Part shown: piece after piece, positions 41,501 to 49,944 of the stretch
How positions within the stretch are numbered: position 1 is the first letter of the stretch
Layout: every line of letters begins with the position of its first letter
From: Spirochaetota bacterium
GTDB lineage: Bacteria > Spirochaetota > UBA4802 > UBA5550
DNA: 64,000 nucleotides
Assembly: GCA_963664815.2 (NCBI GenBank)
Contig: CAXXHB010000003.1
Coordinates: 672,001 to 736,000 of the forward strand
Direction of reading: 5' to 3'
Notes under the pieces: model-generated
The model's database searches: none
What the model saw: only the letters and a program-made list of their open reading frames with translations
What the model was told of the DNA's origin: nothing
Program-made: the position numbers and the translations under genes

Positions 41501-42651
41501 GTGTACCACATTTTCCTGCCCATGAGATCGATTCCCCAGGTTTTATCTGCTGTCATTTTTTCATCGTCGGCATCTGGACCGGGAACGGTGGTGAATCCGG
41601 CGTCAGTTCCCGTGTTATTTCCGCTTACAGAAGGTGTAGTAAGGATTATCAGGATTCCTGTGAAATCACCGAATTTGTCACTGATAACTGAACAATCTGC
41701 TATAAGAAGAGAATTTCTCTGATTGCTGTATTTAAGTGCACCATTGACGGTCTTAGCCTGACCTGAAGCCAGAAGCGTTAACCCGTTTACAAATGATTCA
41801 TCCGCTGAAAACCAGTTGTTCAGATGCATACCGTAAACGTCATTTTTTGAGCAGCCGAAATAATTGCAGAACTCATTGTTGACTGTTATTATACGTCTTC
41901 TCCTGTTAACCAGAAGAGCCATGCCCGGGTATGTCTGGATAAAACTGTTATCGAATATGTCCCTTACAGGGGTAAGAAAGTTGTATTTATGGATTGTTTG
42001 AAGAATTGAGCCTGTGTTGAGCAACAGCAGAACAGGCGCAAGAGCGGGTAAATTGTAGAATTGAAATGAAGGAAGTATAAAATCTGTTATTGTACAAATC
42101 ATCACGGATGATATATATGACGTAGCTATGATACGCGACTGGTGTATCTCCTTCTGCGATTCAGCCCTTGATCTCCACCGGATCATTCCTATGACAGTAA
42201 TAATAACGAATGACAGGTAATAAAGAGCGTAGATGTAAAAACCTGCGCGGGAAAAAGCGGGTATGAACTTCCACCTGCCGCATGTGAAGATGAAATCTTC
42301 AAACAGAGTGTAGGAAAACCATGTCATTGCTATGATGATTGTCGCCGGGATATACATTGCAACTAACCTGACCGGTGTCAGTTTTGCCCTGATAAAGAGC
42401 AGGCACAGGTGAAGTGTAAAGACGTAGTAAAGTCCGAATCCGAAAGATGAAATTTTGTACCAGAAAACAATGTCGGTTCTGCCGTTTGAGGAGTATATTA
42501 TTACAGCTGTCAATGCCCATACGGCCAGGCTCATACACTGCAGAAAAAACAGGCGGTTCATTTTATGTGCTGGATCTGTAGCGAGGACATATGTTCCCGC
42601 TGAAATGTTAATAAACATGACAATAACAGCAAGGGCTGATAGTATGCTCAT
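38536..42651 (-). CDS. Hybrid sensor kinase/response regulator: 7TM - PAS - unknown duplicated domain - 2TM - HisKA - HATPase - REC - AraC HTH
   Basis: FFANISHEIRTPLT, NLLSNAVKFT, DTGPGI, GTGIGL, LSDVMMPGMDG, GFENLRTFNRVFR..EGMTPSEFR. Confidence 0.92.
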   Translation of the reverse strand: MSILSALAVIVMFINISAGTYVLATDPAHKMNRLFFLQCMSLAVWALTAVIIYSSNGRTDIVFWYKISSFGFGLYYVFTLHLCLLFIRAKLTPVRLVAMYIPATIIIAMTWFSYTLFEDFIFTCGRWKFIPAFSRAGFYIYALYYLSFVIITVIGMIRWRSRAESQKEIHQSRIIATSYISSVMICTITDFILPSFQFYNLPALAPVLLLLNTGSILQTIHKYNFLTPVRDIFDNSFIQTYPGMALLVNRRRRIITVNNEFCNYFGCSKNDVYGMHLNNWFSADESFVNGLTLLASGQAKTVNGALKYSNQRNSLLIADCSVISDKFGDFTGILIILTTPSVSGNNTGTDAGFTTVPGPDADDEKMTADKTWGIDLMGRKMWYTPWPADENGFYRGPSADEIKTIYCISGEAANETLLYFEECGGDTGILVSMLNEHMADNRFTAVRADLLDKTRWYSNEFYFYFIMFTKKVIGRYDFHFGENSNEQLSEHHKIYEKGFMDYIPYGKTGSGTPVHDVTTNNVLGLLLYLEKVQFINTSDIISFINNNMNSSYSIDRDFYNNENIWCSLEFIEYGLEFTKILANSKSFFIKAAIHSTLNELRLGKIFFLIPQQVVFTQIKNGISKVNDIHDFKTDVSKGFARFQIWIKPEFNLSQYSKYLNASIPNDAAIYHGSLGAILKLIFTLDDLPDSVITFRNDGDRHSFTIEYRWKPTASIIYYKIVAAIILSIFAGFGLIHTGIITHCLTIALFSLYILYIYSEKNNLSERLSEYTVVSSQQLEALEKTSAELLEERNTLEQKVIERTRELAMANERLSELDRIKSNFFANISHEIRTPLTLMITPVEAVLSGGYNYKQDRAFFESIYNNGLRLLSLINNLLDFSRMDAGRMKMSVSLINITAMAASHAEAIRSVCDLRSIKLRTFCQPEEILIWADREKIDRVLANLLSNAVKFTAGGGSIYLSAISDDTGMCVLRIEDTGPGIPADKQESIFDRFSQVDSGPSRMFEGTGIGLAMVMEYVKLHDGTVAVESRHIDCFPENHGSVFTVKIPADRGHFQTREDVNFSVEGTDERDVYTLNYAEFALNGIRKQEIAVVSAETVSNSVIPVEYTILIVEDNPGMHTMLTGVLGGQYRIINANDGMDALKIIETEENIPDLILSDVMMPGMDGYELTANIRRMPGLESVPVILLTAKAEPEMKLEGFSKGATDYIVKPFNMSDLQSRIKAQLDLKSVRDRLERTNRALYAELGNIRTRQLTVSESSEIKISHVIDFINKNFSADISREGLAAAVDMNPDHLSRIFNKVTGKRLNSYINELRIHNARNSLIETAKTVIQIAMDSGFENLRTFNRVFRESEGMTPSEFREKQKDALLKSFS

Positions 42652-43009
42652 ATGGCTATACCATAACTATTTTAAAAGGTGTAATATGCAAAGAGGCATA
42701 ATTAAAAGTGCTATATAAAAAACTGCGGGTCAAGTATTTTTAGTTCAGCCTGAAAAATAAATTACAATTTTGTATAGACACAGAAATTAAGAAAGCAGCG
42801 TTTTAAAAAGAGATTTTACCTGATTGTGGATGGAATATGGGTATTTTCTGATACAACAGAGATCAGCAGGATATTTATACTGCAGAATATATTATTAGAC
42901 TATCCGCAGCCGTTGGTAGTATATTTTAAAAGAATAAAATCCCTTTTCTGATTCTCGCATATTGTATTAATAAACCCATACATTAAAATAATTAATATAT
43001 TTAATATGG

Positions 43010-43048
43010 CTAATTATTGCGCGCGCAGTAATTGGCCGGACATAATTC
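43010..43048 (+). repeat. Short conserved palindromic element (partner at 38440-38477)
   Basis: GGCTAATTATTGCGCGCGCAGTAATTGGCC palindrome plus GGACATAATT tail. Confidence 0.75.
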
Positions 43049-43101
43049 TTTTCATGTGATAACCTGTTAAATACAAATTTAATTAACTACAGGAGTTAAA
43101 T

Positions 43102-43659
43102 ATGAAAAAAATCTGGTTGTTGTCTTTTGCCTTATTTTTAAGCTTTTCTGGATTGTTGTTTAGTGATGATGCAGACAAAAATTCCGTTGAAGGTAAATGT
43201 ATTTCAGGTAATTGTCAAAATGGTAATGGTACATTTGAGATTTCAAAGGATAGCGAAAATTTTTCCGGTGGCAAATATGTAGGTCAATTTAAAAATGGAA
43301 AATTTAACGGGAAAGGTACATTGACATGGTATGATGATAGAGGTGAAGAAGTAAAAAGTTTCAAATATGCCGGTCAATTCAAAGATGGTAACATTGATGG
43401 CCAAGGTACATTTACTTCAGTTATTGGCTACTTTGATAATCGAGGTGTATTTAAAGCAGATGAAAAATTTTTCAAATATATTGGTGAATTTAAAAATGGT
43501 GTGATAAATGGGAAAGGGCTGGCAGCTTATCCCGACGGTTCTAAATATGTAGGTGAATACAAAGATGGTAGCTATAATGGGAAAGGAACTTTCTACAATC
43601 CCGACGGATCTATTTACAAACAGGGTCGTTGGGAAAATAGTGAGTTTAAAGGTGAGTAA
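43102..43659 (+). CDS. Exported MORN-repeat protein
   Basis: Signal peptide, CISGNCQNGNG, repeated Y.G.FK.G..NG.G. Confidence 0.92.
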   Translation: MKKIWLLSFALFLSFSGLLFSDDADKNSVEGKCISGNCQNGNGTFEISKDSENFSGGKYVGQFKNGKFNGKGTLTWYDDRGEEVKSFKYAGQFKDGNIDGQGTFTSVIGYFDNRGVFKADEKFFKYIGEFKNGVINGKGLAAYPDGSKYVGEYKDGSYNGKGTFYNPDGSIYKQGRWENSEFKGE

Positions 43660-43904
43660 ATTTCTATAGTTGGTTGTTTGACGATATATAAATTTTCTTA
43701 TCCATTCCGCTTTTGGCGCAATTTCTGCATCGGGACAGAAATGCGCCAATCAGCAGAGCGGAACGTTCCCTACATCTGTTCTTGATTTGTAAAATTGTAA
43801 TAACGGTGGCTGTATGAACTTGAATTGTGCAGCAAATATTGGATCAGCAAGAAATCTATTTATAAATTCTATTATATGGTCAATAATTTTCAGGAGAAAT
43901 CAGA

Positions 43905-45398
43905 GTGAAACGAAATCTATTCATAACAGCAATTATAACTACGTTGGCTGTAACAGTATTAAACAATTCCGATGTGAATGCATCTGAAAGCGATAATGTA
44001 ATATGGCTTTTAAAACCTCAATACAGCCGGTCATCATATTTTTCAGAAGGGTTTGTATGTTTTGAAAAAGATGGGCAATGGGGTTATGTAGACAGAGATG
44101 GGAAGAGTGTAGTAGAACCTCAGTTTGATTACGCATGGGAATTTTCCGAAGGAATGGCCCGCATTAAAAAAGATGGTAAATACGGATTTATAAATACCGA
44201 TGGCAGAGTGGTAATAGAACCCCGGTTCGACGATGCTGGTGAATTTTCAGAGGGATTGGTACGCATTCAAAAGAATCATAAATGGGGTTTTATAAACAGG
44301 CAAGGCCGGATAATAATAGAACCCTCGTATGAGGATGCAGGTAATTTTTCTGAAGGACTGGTTTGTGTTGAAAAGGACGGGAAATGGGGTTTTATTGATA
44401 AAGACGGTGATACCGTATGTGAATTCCAGTTTTATAATGCATCTGATTTTTCCGGCGGAATAGCTAAAGTTGAAAACATCAGTGGGTATGGCTGTATAAA
44501 CAGTAAAGGCGCAATAATAATAGAACCCCGATTCGAATATATATCATATTTCTCTGAAGGTCTTGCAAGAGTTGTAAAGGGTTACCAGTCGGGATTTATA
44601 AACATGGAAGGTAAGATCGTAATAGAATCTCAGTTTGATGATGCCTCAGATTTTTCTGAAGGACTGGCACGTGTCGAAAATGATCAAAAGTGGGGTTACA
44701 TAAACAAAAATGGTAATATTACAATAAAACCAGAGTTTGAGAAAGCCGGTGATTTTTTTGACGGACTGGCCTGTGTAAAAAAGGATGGGAAATGGGGATT
44801 TATAAACAAAGATGGTAATACAGTAATAAAACCCCAGTTTGATGTTGTATGGAACTTTTCCGAAGGTCTGGCCTGTGTTAAAAAGAATGGGAGATGGGGA
44901 TATATAAACAGAGATGGCAAGTTAGTAATACAGCTTCAGTTTGAAGAAGTTGAAAAATTTTACGGAGGTCTGGCTTGTATAAAAAAGAATGGGAAGTATG
45001 GTTATATTAACAAGTACGGGAGGTTAGTAATAAAACCCCAGTTTGACAGTGTTGAGGAATTTTCCGAAGGACTGGCTTGTGTTGAAAAGAACGGGAGTTG
45101 GGGTTTTATAAAATATCCTATATCCGCAGATGAACAGATAAAATCATTTGAAGAATCAGGCATGTTAATCGGTGAAGTAAAATCTGTGACGAACTCAGAA
45201 TTTATCATTGGCGGCCAAGATATTGCTGAACATGTCCGTATGGGGGATAAGCTTTGCCTGTATTCAGGTGAAAAGATAATAATTCTCAGGGCGACATTTC
45301 CGATGCAAACAGTAACTAAATGTGAAGTAATTTCCGGCAGCAGGAGTGATGTCAAGCCTGGTATGAAAGTTTATAAATACAAAAAAACCAAAAAGTAA
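43905..45398 (+). CDS. Exported WG-repeat protein with C-terminal beta domain
   Basis: Signal peptide, about 11 FSEGLA.V.KDGKWGFINKDG..VI.PQFD repeats; AGGAG RBS with GTG start. Confidence 0.93.
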   Translation: MKRNLFITAIITTLAVTVLNNSDVNASESDNVIWLLKPQYSRSSYFSEGFVCFEKDGQWGYVDRDGKSVVEPQFDYAWEFSEGMARIKKDGKYGFINTDGRVVIEPRFDDAGEFSEGLVRIQKNHKWGFINRQGRIIIEPSYEDAGNFSEGLVCVEKDGKWGFIDKDGDTVCEFQFYNASDFSGGIAKVENISGYGCINSKGAIIIEPRFEYISYFSEGLARVVKGYQSGFINMEGKIVIESQFDDASDFSEGLARVENDQKWGYINKNGNITIKPEFEKAGDFFDGLACVKKDGKWGFINKDGNTVIKPQFDVVWNFSEGLACVKKNGRWGYINRDGKLVIQLQFEEVEKFYGGLACIKKNGKYGYINKYGRLVIKPQFDSVEEFSEGLACVEKNGSWGFIKYPISADEQIKSFEESGMLIGEVKSVTNSEFIIGGQDIAEHVRMGDKLCLYSGEKIIILRATFPMQTVTKCEVISGSRSDVKPGMKVYKYKKTKK

Positions 45399-45482
45399 TG
45401 TTGTAAATGTAGAATAACATTTTAAAATTCCGCAGACTGCTTGAGAAACACCTCTTAAAGCAATTCATAAGTACTGATAAAC

Positions 45483-45587
45483 TTTAACCGGCAGCAGCAT
45501 TAAATTTAATAATTTAAATCATGGAATGAACCGTATTTAATTCAAAGAGGAATATAAAAAAAGCGTACCGGTTTATAAACGGGGGCG
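45483..45587 (+). repeat. 105-bp dispersed direct repeat, copy 2
   Basis: See 35009-35113. Confidence 0.92.
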
Positions 45588-45691
45588 ACAGAAATAAAAT
45601 AAACATATATAAACCATAATAAATTTCACCACACCGGTTTCCTTAAAAACATTTTCAGAGAACCGGCAGGTAATTTTTATGAGGAAGGTAT

Positions 45692-47077
45692 ATGTTAAAC
45701 AAACGATCTTTAAAAATAAAAAAATATCTGCTTTTATCTGCATTCCAGATCATCTGCATCTCTTTTAACGGATGTCAATGGTGGGACAAGGATAAGGGCA
45801 ATACAGACAACACGTCCGGCCAGGTCTATAAAGTAACCTACTACGGGAACGGGAATACAGGGGGAAGCGTCCCTGCTGATTCGAAAGATTATAAAAAAGG
45901 GGAGAGTGTCACCGTTCTTGGCAATACGGGAAATCTTGTTAATTCAGCGATTTCTACCTTTATCGGCTGGGACACGCAGGCTGACGGAAAGGGAACAACT
46001 TATATCCCTGAGCATTCATTTACCATGGGCTCTGCCAATGTTTCGTTGTATGCAAAATGGTTTACCTGGTCGGTCTTTGGTTCGGCTAATAACAGTGTTA
46101 ATGCCCTTGTAATTGACAGCTCGGGCAATCTCTACGCAGGGGGATCTTTTACTACAGTCGGAGGAACAGCTGTAAGCTATATCGCGAAATGGGACGGTAC
46201 CTCATGGTCTCCCCTCGGTTCAGGGGTAGATGACGAAGTATCTTCCCTTGCAGTTGACAACTCGGGCAATCTCTATGTTGGGGGATATTTTACTACCGCG
46301 GGGGGTACGGCGGCAGAATCTATTGCAAAATGGGACGGAAGCTCATGGTCCGCACTCGGTTCAGGTGTGACAGATGGAATTGTATCTTCCCTTGCAGTTG
46401 ACAGCTCCGGAAACCTCTACGCAGGTGGGAATTTTACTACCATGGGGGGTACGGCGGCAAACCGTATTGCAAAGTGGAACGGAAGCTCATGGTCCGCACT
46501 CGGTTCAGGAATGAGTAGCAATGTATATACCCTTGCAGTTGACAGCTCGGATAATCTCTACGCAGGGGGATATTTTACTACCGCGGGGGGTACGGCGGCA
46601 AGCCATATTGCAAAGTGGAACGGAAGCTCATGGTCAGCACTCGGTTCAGGGACGGATGACTATATCAATGTCATTGCAGTTGACAGCTCGGATAATCTCT
46701 ATGCAGGGGGAGCTTTTACTACCGCGGGGGGTACGGATGCAATCTGTATTGCAAAGTGGAACGGAAGTTCATGGTCAGCACTTGGTTCAGGGATGGGATA
46801 TGATGTCTATGCCCTTGCGGCTGACAGCGCCGGATATCTTTATGCAGGGGGTGCTTTTACAACTGCGGGGGGTACGGCGGCAAACGGTATTGCGAAATGG
46901 GATGGAAGTTCATGGACAGTGCTGGGATCTGATATATCCAGCGGCGGACAGGTCTATGGTCTTGCTGTCGACAGTTATGGAAATCTCTTCGTCGGTGGAA
47001 CATTTACTATATCGGCCGATGGCGGCGGTAGTGCATCAAATATAGCTGAATTCGGGAACAGAGTGACATCTTATTAA
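45692..47077 (+). CDS. Lipoprotein with InlB B-repeat (Flg_new-like) domain and beta-propeller repeats
   Basis: SFNGC lipobox; Y.VTY.GNG.TGG.VP...F.GW.T.ADG.G...LYAKW; seven ~47-aa repeats V..LAVDSSGNLYAGG.FTTAGGT.A..IAKW.G.SWS.LG.G. Confidence 0.88.
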   Translation: MLNKRSLKIKKYLLLSAFQIICISFNGCQWWDKDKGNTDNTSGQVYKVTYYGNGNTGGSVPADSKDYKKGESVTVLGNTGNLVNSAISTFIGWDTQADGKGTTYIPEHSFTMGSANVSLYAKWFTWSVFGSANNSVNALVIDSSGNLYAGGSFTTVGGTAVSYIAKWDGTSWSPLGSGVDDEVSSLAVDNSGNLYVGGYFTTAGGTAAESIAKWDGSSWSALGSGVTDGIVSSLAVDSSGNLYAGGNFTTMGGTAANRIAKWNGSSWSALGSGMSSNVYTLAVDSSDNLYAGGYFTTAGGTAASHIAKWNGSSWSALGSGTDDYINVIAVDSSDNLYAGGAFTTAGGTDAICIAKWNGSSWSALGSGMGYDVYALAADSAGYLYAGGAFTTAGGTAANGIAKWDGSSWTVLGSDISSGGQVYGLAVDSYGNLFVGGTFTISADGGGSASNIAEFGNRVTSY

Positions 47078-47479
47078 TAAAACTGTTTTTGTTTCAAATT
47101 CTGTGAGATAAAAAACTATAATAAAATTAATCTGGCCTGAGATATATCCTCATTGATAAAGAAGATGGTCGTCACAAAAACCTGTGGGTAATTACAGGTT
47201 ACTGCACAACACAAACGATGGACGGCCATCTTCAAATCTTCAACAATCTGTCCCCTTTGCTTCAGATGTTTCATTGAGCAAACCACTACATAGTATACAC
47301 TTCAGTTTCATGAAATAATTTATATATCTATCTAAAATGCATCTCATAAAAAAGCATTTCAGGAGGCGCAATAAAAGTATCAAATACATATTGACAAATC
47401 AACGATAAATTAACAGAACAAAGAAAATGAATATAATTCAGTATTTATAACATTGAGGCAGACGCAGCAGGAATAAATT

Positions 47480-48616
47480 ATGTACAGTTTTCTGGATCTA
47501 TTGACCTTTGCGAGCAGTTGTTCGCTTATAACCATGGGCTTTGTCTATCTCTCTGAAAACAGAAAAAAAGCAGATCGTATTATCGTTTTTGCCTTTTTTT
47601 TATTATGGGGCGCCGATACTTTTTTAATATTGTGGGAGGAGATGGGTTTAAACACCCTTTACCCGCATTTTCTTTATCTGAGCAAGCCCTTTGAACTTTT
47701 CTACGGGCCCCTGATATACTACCGCTTCAGGACGCTTATAGAAGGGAAAATGAAGTTGGATATTCAGGCGGTGCTTCTTTTTCTGCCTGGAATTCTTGCC
47801 GTCATATATTTCATACCCTATTTCACTCTGGGCCCGCAGGAGAAGCTGGCATATGTCGGGTTTCATAATATTCCGAACGGGGCCGTCCGGTTCATATATC
47901 TCATGATTGTGCACGGGGTGACGCTGTGGTTTGTATTTTGCATCCTTCTTTTTATTTTCCAGCTGCCAGGAATGCTTTCAGCAAGAGGCTTCAGGCTGAT
48001 ATTGCAGAAAAAGATACTGGTGATTTACAATATCTTATGGATTGTTATTTCCATAACAGGGTACTCCATGTATATCCTCGGTTATAGCCCTATGATAAAG
48101 GTCATGATTATAATAACCAACGGTATGATTATCATTTTTTATTTTATCGAGAAAAAATATGAAAGGCTGTTCATCCTGATACATGAAGACTCAAGCGAGA
48201 CAAGATATAAAAGATCAATGCTGCATGGCATAGACACAGGTGCTGTCATAGAGCGCATTAAAGAGCTTATGGAGCTTGAGAATCTTTATCTTGATGAAAA
48301 TTTGTCGCTTCAGACTCTGAGTTCCATGCTCAATATCACATCTCATCAGCTTTCCGAGATATTAAACAACAGGTTAAATACAAATTTCCGTTCATTTATA
48401 AACACCTACAGGATCAACGCTGCAAAAAAAATGCTTCTTGAAAACGGGGATATCAGCATAATACGTGCAGCCTATGAATGCGGCTTTAAATCGAAAAATG
48501 CCTTTAATACAGCTTTTCATAAAGCAGAATCAATGACCCCGTCGGAATTTAAAGAAAGAAACAAAAAAAATGGTTACGGTTTGTCAACTCTGAATAAATC
48601 CGTCCGGCAGGGATAG
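47480..48616 (+). CDS. Membrane-bound AraC family regulator
   Basis: About seven TM helices then LYLDENLSL...HQLSEILN...F..FIN.YR...AYECGFKSKNAFN. Confidence 0.92.
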   Translation: MYSFLDLLTFASSCSLITMGFVYLSENRKKADRIIVFAFFLLWGADTFLILWEEMGLNTLYPHFLYLSKPFELFYGPLIYYRFRTLIEGKMKLDIQAVLLFLPGILAVIYFIPYFTLGPQEKLAYVGFHNIPNGAVRFIYLMIVHGVTLWFVFCILLFIFQLPGMLSARGFRLILQKKILVIYNILWIVISITGYSMYILGYSPMIKVMIIITNGMIIIFYFIEKKYERLFILIHEDSSETRYKRSMLHGIDTGAVIERIKELMELENLYLDENLSLQTLSSMLNITSHQLSEILNNRLNTNFRSFINTYRINAAKKMLLENGDISIIRAAYECGFKSKNAFNTAFHKAESMTPSEFKERNKKNGYGLSTLNKSVRQG

Positions 48617-49042
48617 CCCGTTGTACTGAACCCAGTCGCGGACAAGCCGCTTGCCCTTTCCGGTGTTCCAGTCTTTCGCAATATCATGATGGCACTTTTC
48701 GCCTCTGCCAATTCTTTTGTGATGGCAGAACCTGCATTCAACCGGCTGTAATATTGATCCGAAAAGTTCACAGCTTTCATTTTCAAAAAAGATGCAGCCG
48801 TTATAAGAGTATTCTTGAAGAGCGAAATTTCCGCCATTTCCCCTGAATGCAGGAGAAAGAACGCCAAAAGAACGATCCGGAGAAAACTCGAGCATCATTT
48901 TCCCGGCATAACCACTGTCGATTGCCCCCCTTGCTTCCGAAACAAGCCACCATCCCGGCCTCATGCAGAAATAACGGCAGATTTGGCATGTACACGGTCT
49001 TGAAGGCGGATATCTTCTATAAAGCGCATGAATTTTTGTCAT
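48584..49042 (-). CDS. Cysteine-rich hypothetical protein (YkgJ-like Zn/Fe cluster)
   Basis: CTCQICRYFC..PG, CIFF....CEL......PVECRFC. Start placed at ATG 49042 after GGAGGT. Confidence 0.7.
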   Translation of the reverse strand: MTKIHALYRRYPPSRPCTCQICRYFCMRPGWWLVSEARGAIDSGYAGKMMLEFSPDRSFGVLSPAFRGNGGNFALQEYSYNGCIFFENESCELFGSILQPVECRFCHHKRIGRGEKCHHDIAKDWNTGKGKRLVRDWVQYNGLSLPDGFIQS

Positions 49043-49116
49043 CAGCATACCTCCATCCTGCAGGAGGATATATTTAGACTTTACAAAATTCAATAGTGAT
49101 AAATCATTATTTTATA

Positions 49117-49890
49117 ATGAAATCCGTGAACAGGTTGAAATATGAATATGACAGCATAGTCATGTCACTAAGATGTGATGTAACGGACGAAGATTATAAT
49201 CGTCTGGAAACACGCATTGCCGATATAAGCGCTCTTGCCAGGTTTGAAAACAGGTCAGTCTCGTTGTATGATGTGAACAGACGGGAATTCCTGCTGAAAG
49301 TAGACCGACACATCGAGCTTTTGGGATATGATCCAGGAGAAGCCTTCAATATCAATGATATAAATGCATATCACTCCATGATCCATCCAGATGATGTGAA
49401 GTTTATGTATGATTCGGAAATCAGGATGTATTCATATTTAAACGCCATACGGGATGACTCAAAGAAGAACTACAAACTGGTCTATGATTACCGGGTAAGA
49501 GGCAGGTCGGGTAATTATGTGCGGTTTCTCCACCAGATGGCACTTTTTGAACTGGATAAAAACTTCAATTCATGGATAGTGCTTGTTATTTCCGATGTTT
49601 TATCCATGTTTCCGGAAGAGTACCTCCCCCGTCGTTTTCTGATAGATACCGGCACAAACAGAGTTGTACTCTTCAACGATGAAGCGGGTGTAAAGTCTTA
49701 TCTGATTACCCGCAAGGAAATGGAGGTACTTCAGCTTGTGTCACATGGGCTGGACAGTGCTGAAATCGCAAGACGGATGCATATCAGCATCAACACAGTT
49801 AACAACCACAGACAGAACATTCTGCAAAAAACATCCACAAGGAACACGCCGCAGGCTATAACCTACCTGAAATGTATAGGGATACTCTGA
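49117..49890 (+). CDS. PAS-fold LuxR family transcriptional regulator
   Basis: IHPDD PAS motif; ITRKEMEVLQLV..G..S.EIA....IS.NTV..HR.NIL.K. Start could also be GTG 49096. Confidence 0.92.
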   Translation: MKSVNRLKYEYDSIVMSLRCDVTDEDYNRLETRIADISALARFENRSVSLYDVNRREFLLKVDRHIELLGYDPGEAFNINDINAYHSMIHPDDVKFMYDSEIRMYSYLNAIRDDSKKNYKLVYDYRVRGRSGNYVRFLHQMALFELDKNFNSWIVLVISDVLSMFPEEYLPRRFLIDTGTNRVVLFNDEAGVKSYLITRKEMEVLQLVSHGLDSAEIARRMHISINTVNNHRQNILQKTSTRNTPQAITYLKCIGIL

Positions 49891-49944
49891 ATTCTTTACG
49901 GTTATAGCCCTCCTGTTGTTTCAAAAGCCACAGGTAAGCTCATC

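Noticed and set aside
44040-45110. Repetitive DNA in the WG protein as a non-coding array
   Set aside because: Fully explained by ~33-aa WG protein repeats.
46080-47050. ~141-bp tandem DNA repeats as a CRISPR or DGR array
   Set aside because: They are in-frame coding repeats of a beta-propeller; no unique spacers, cas genes or reverse transcriptase.
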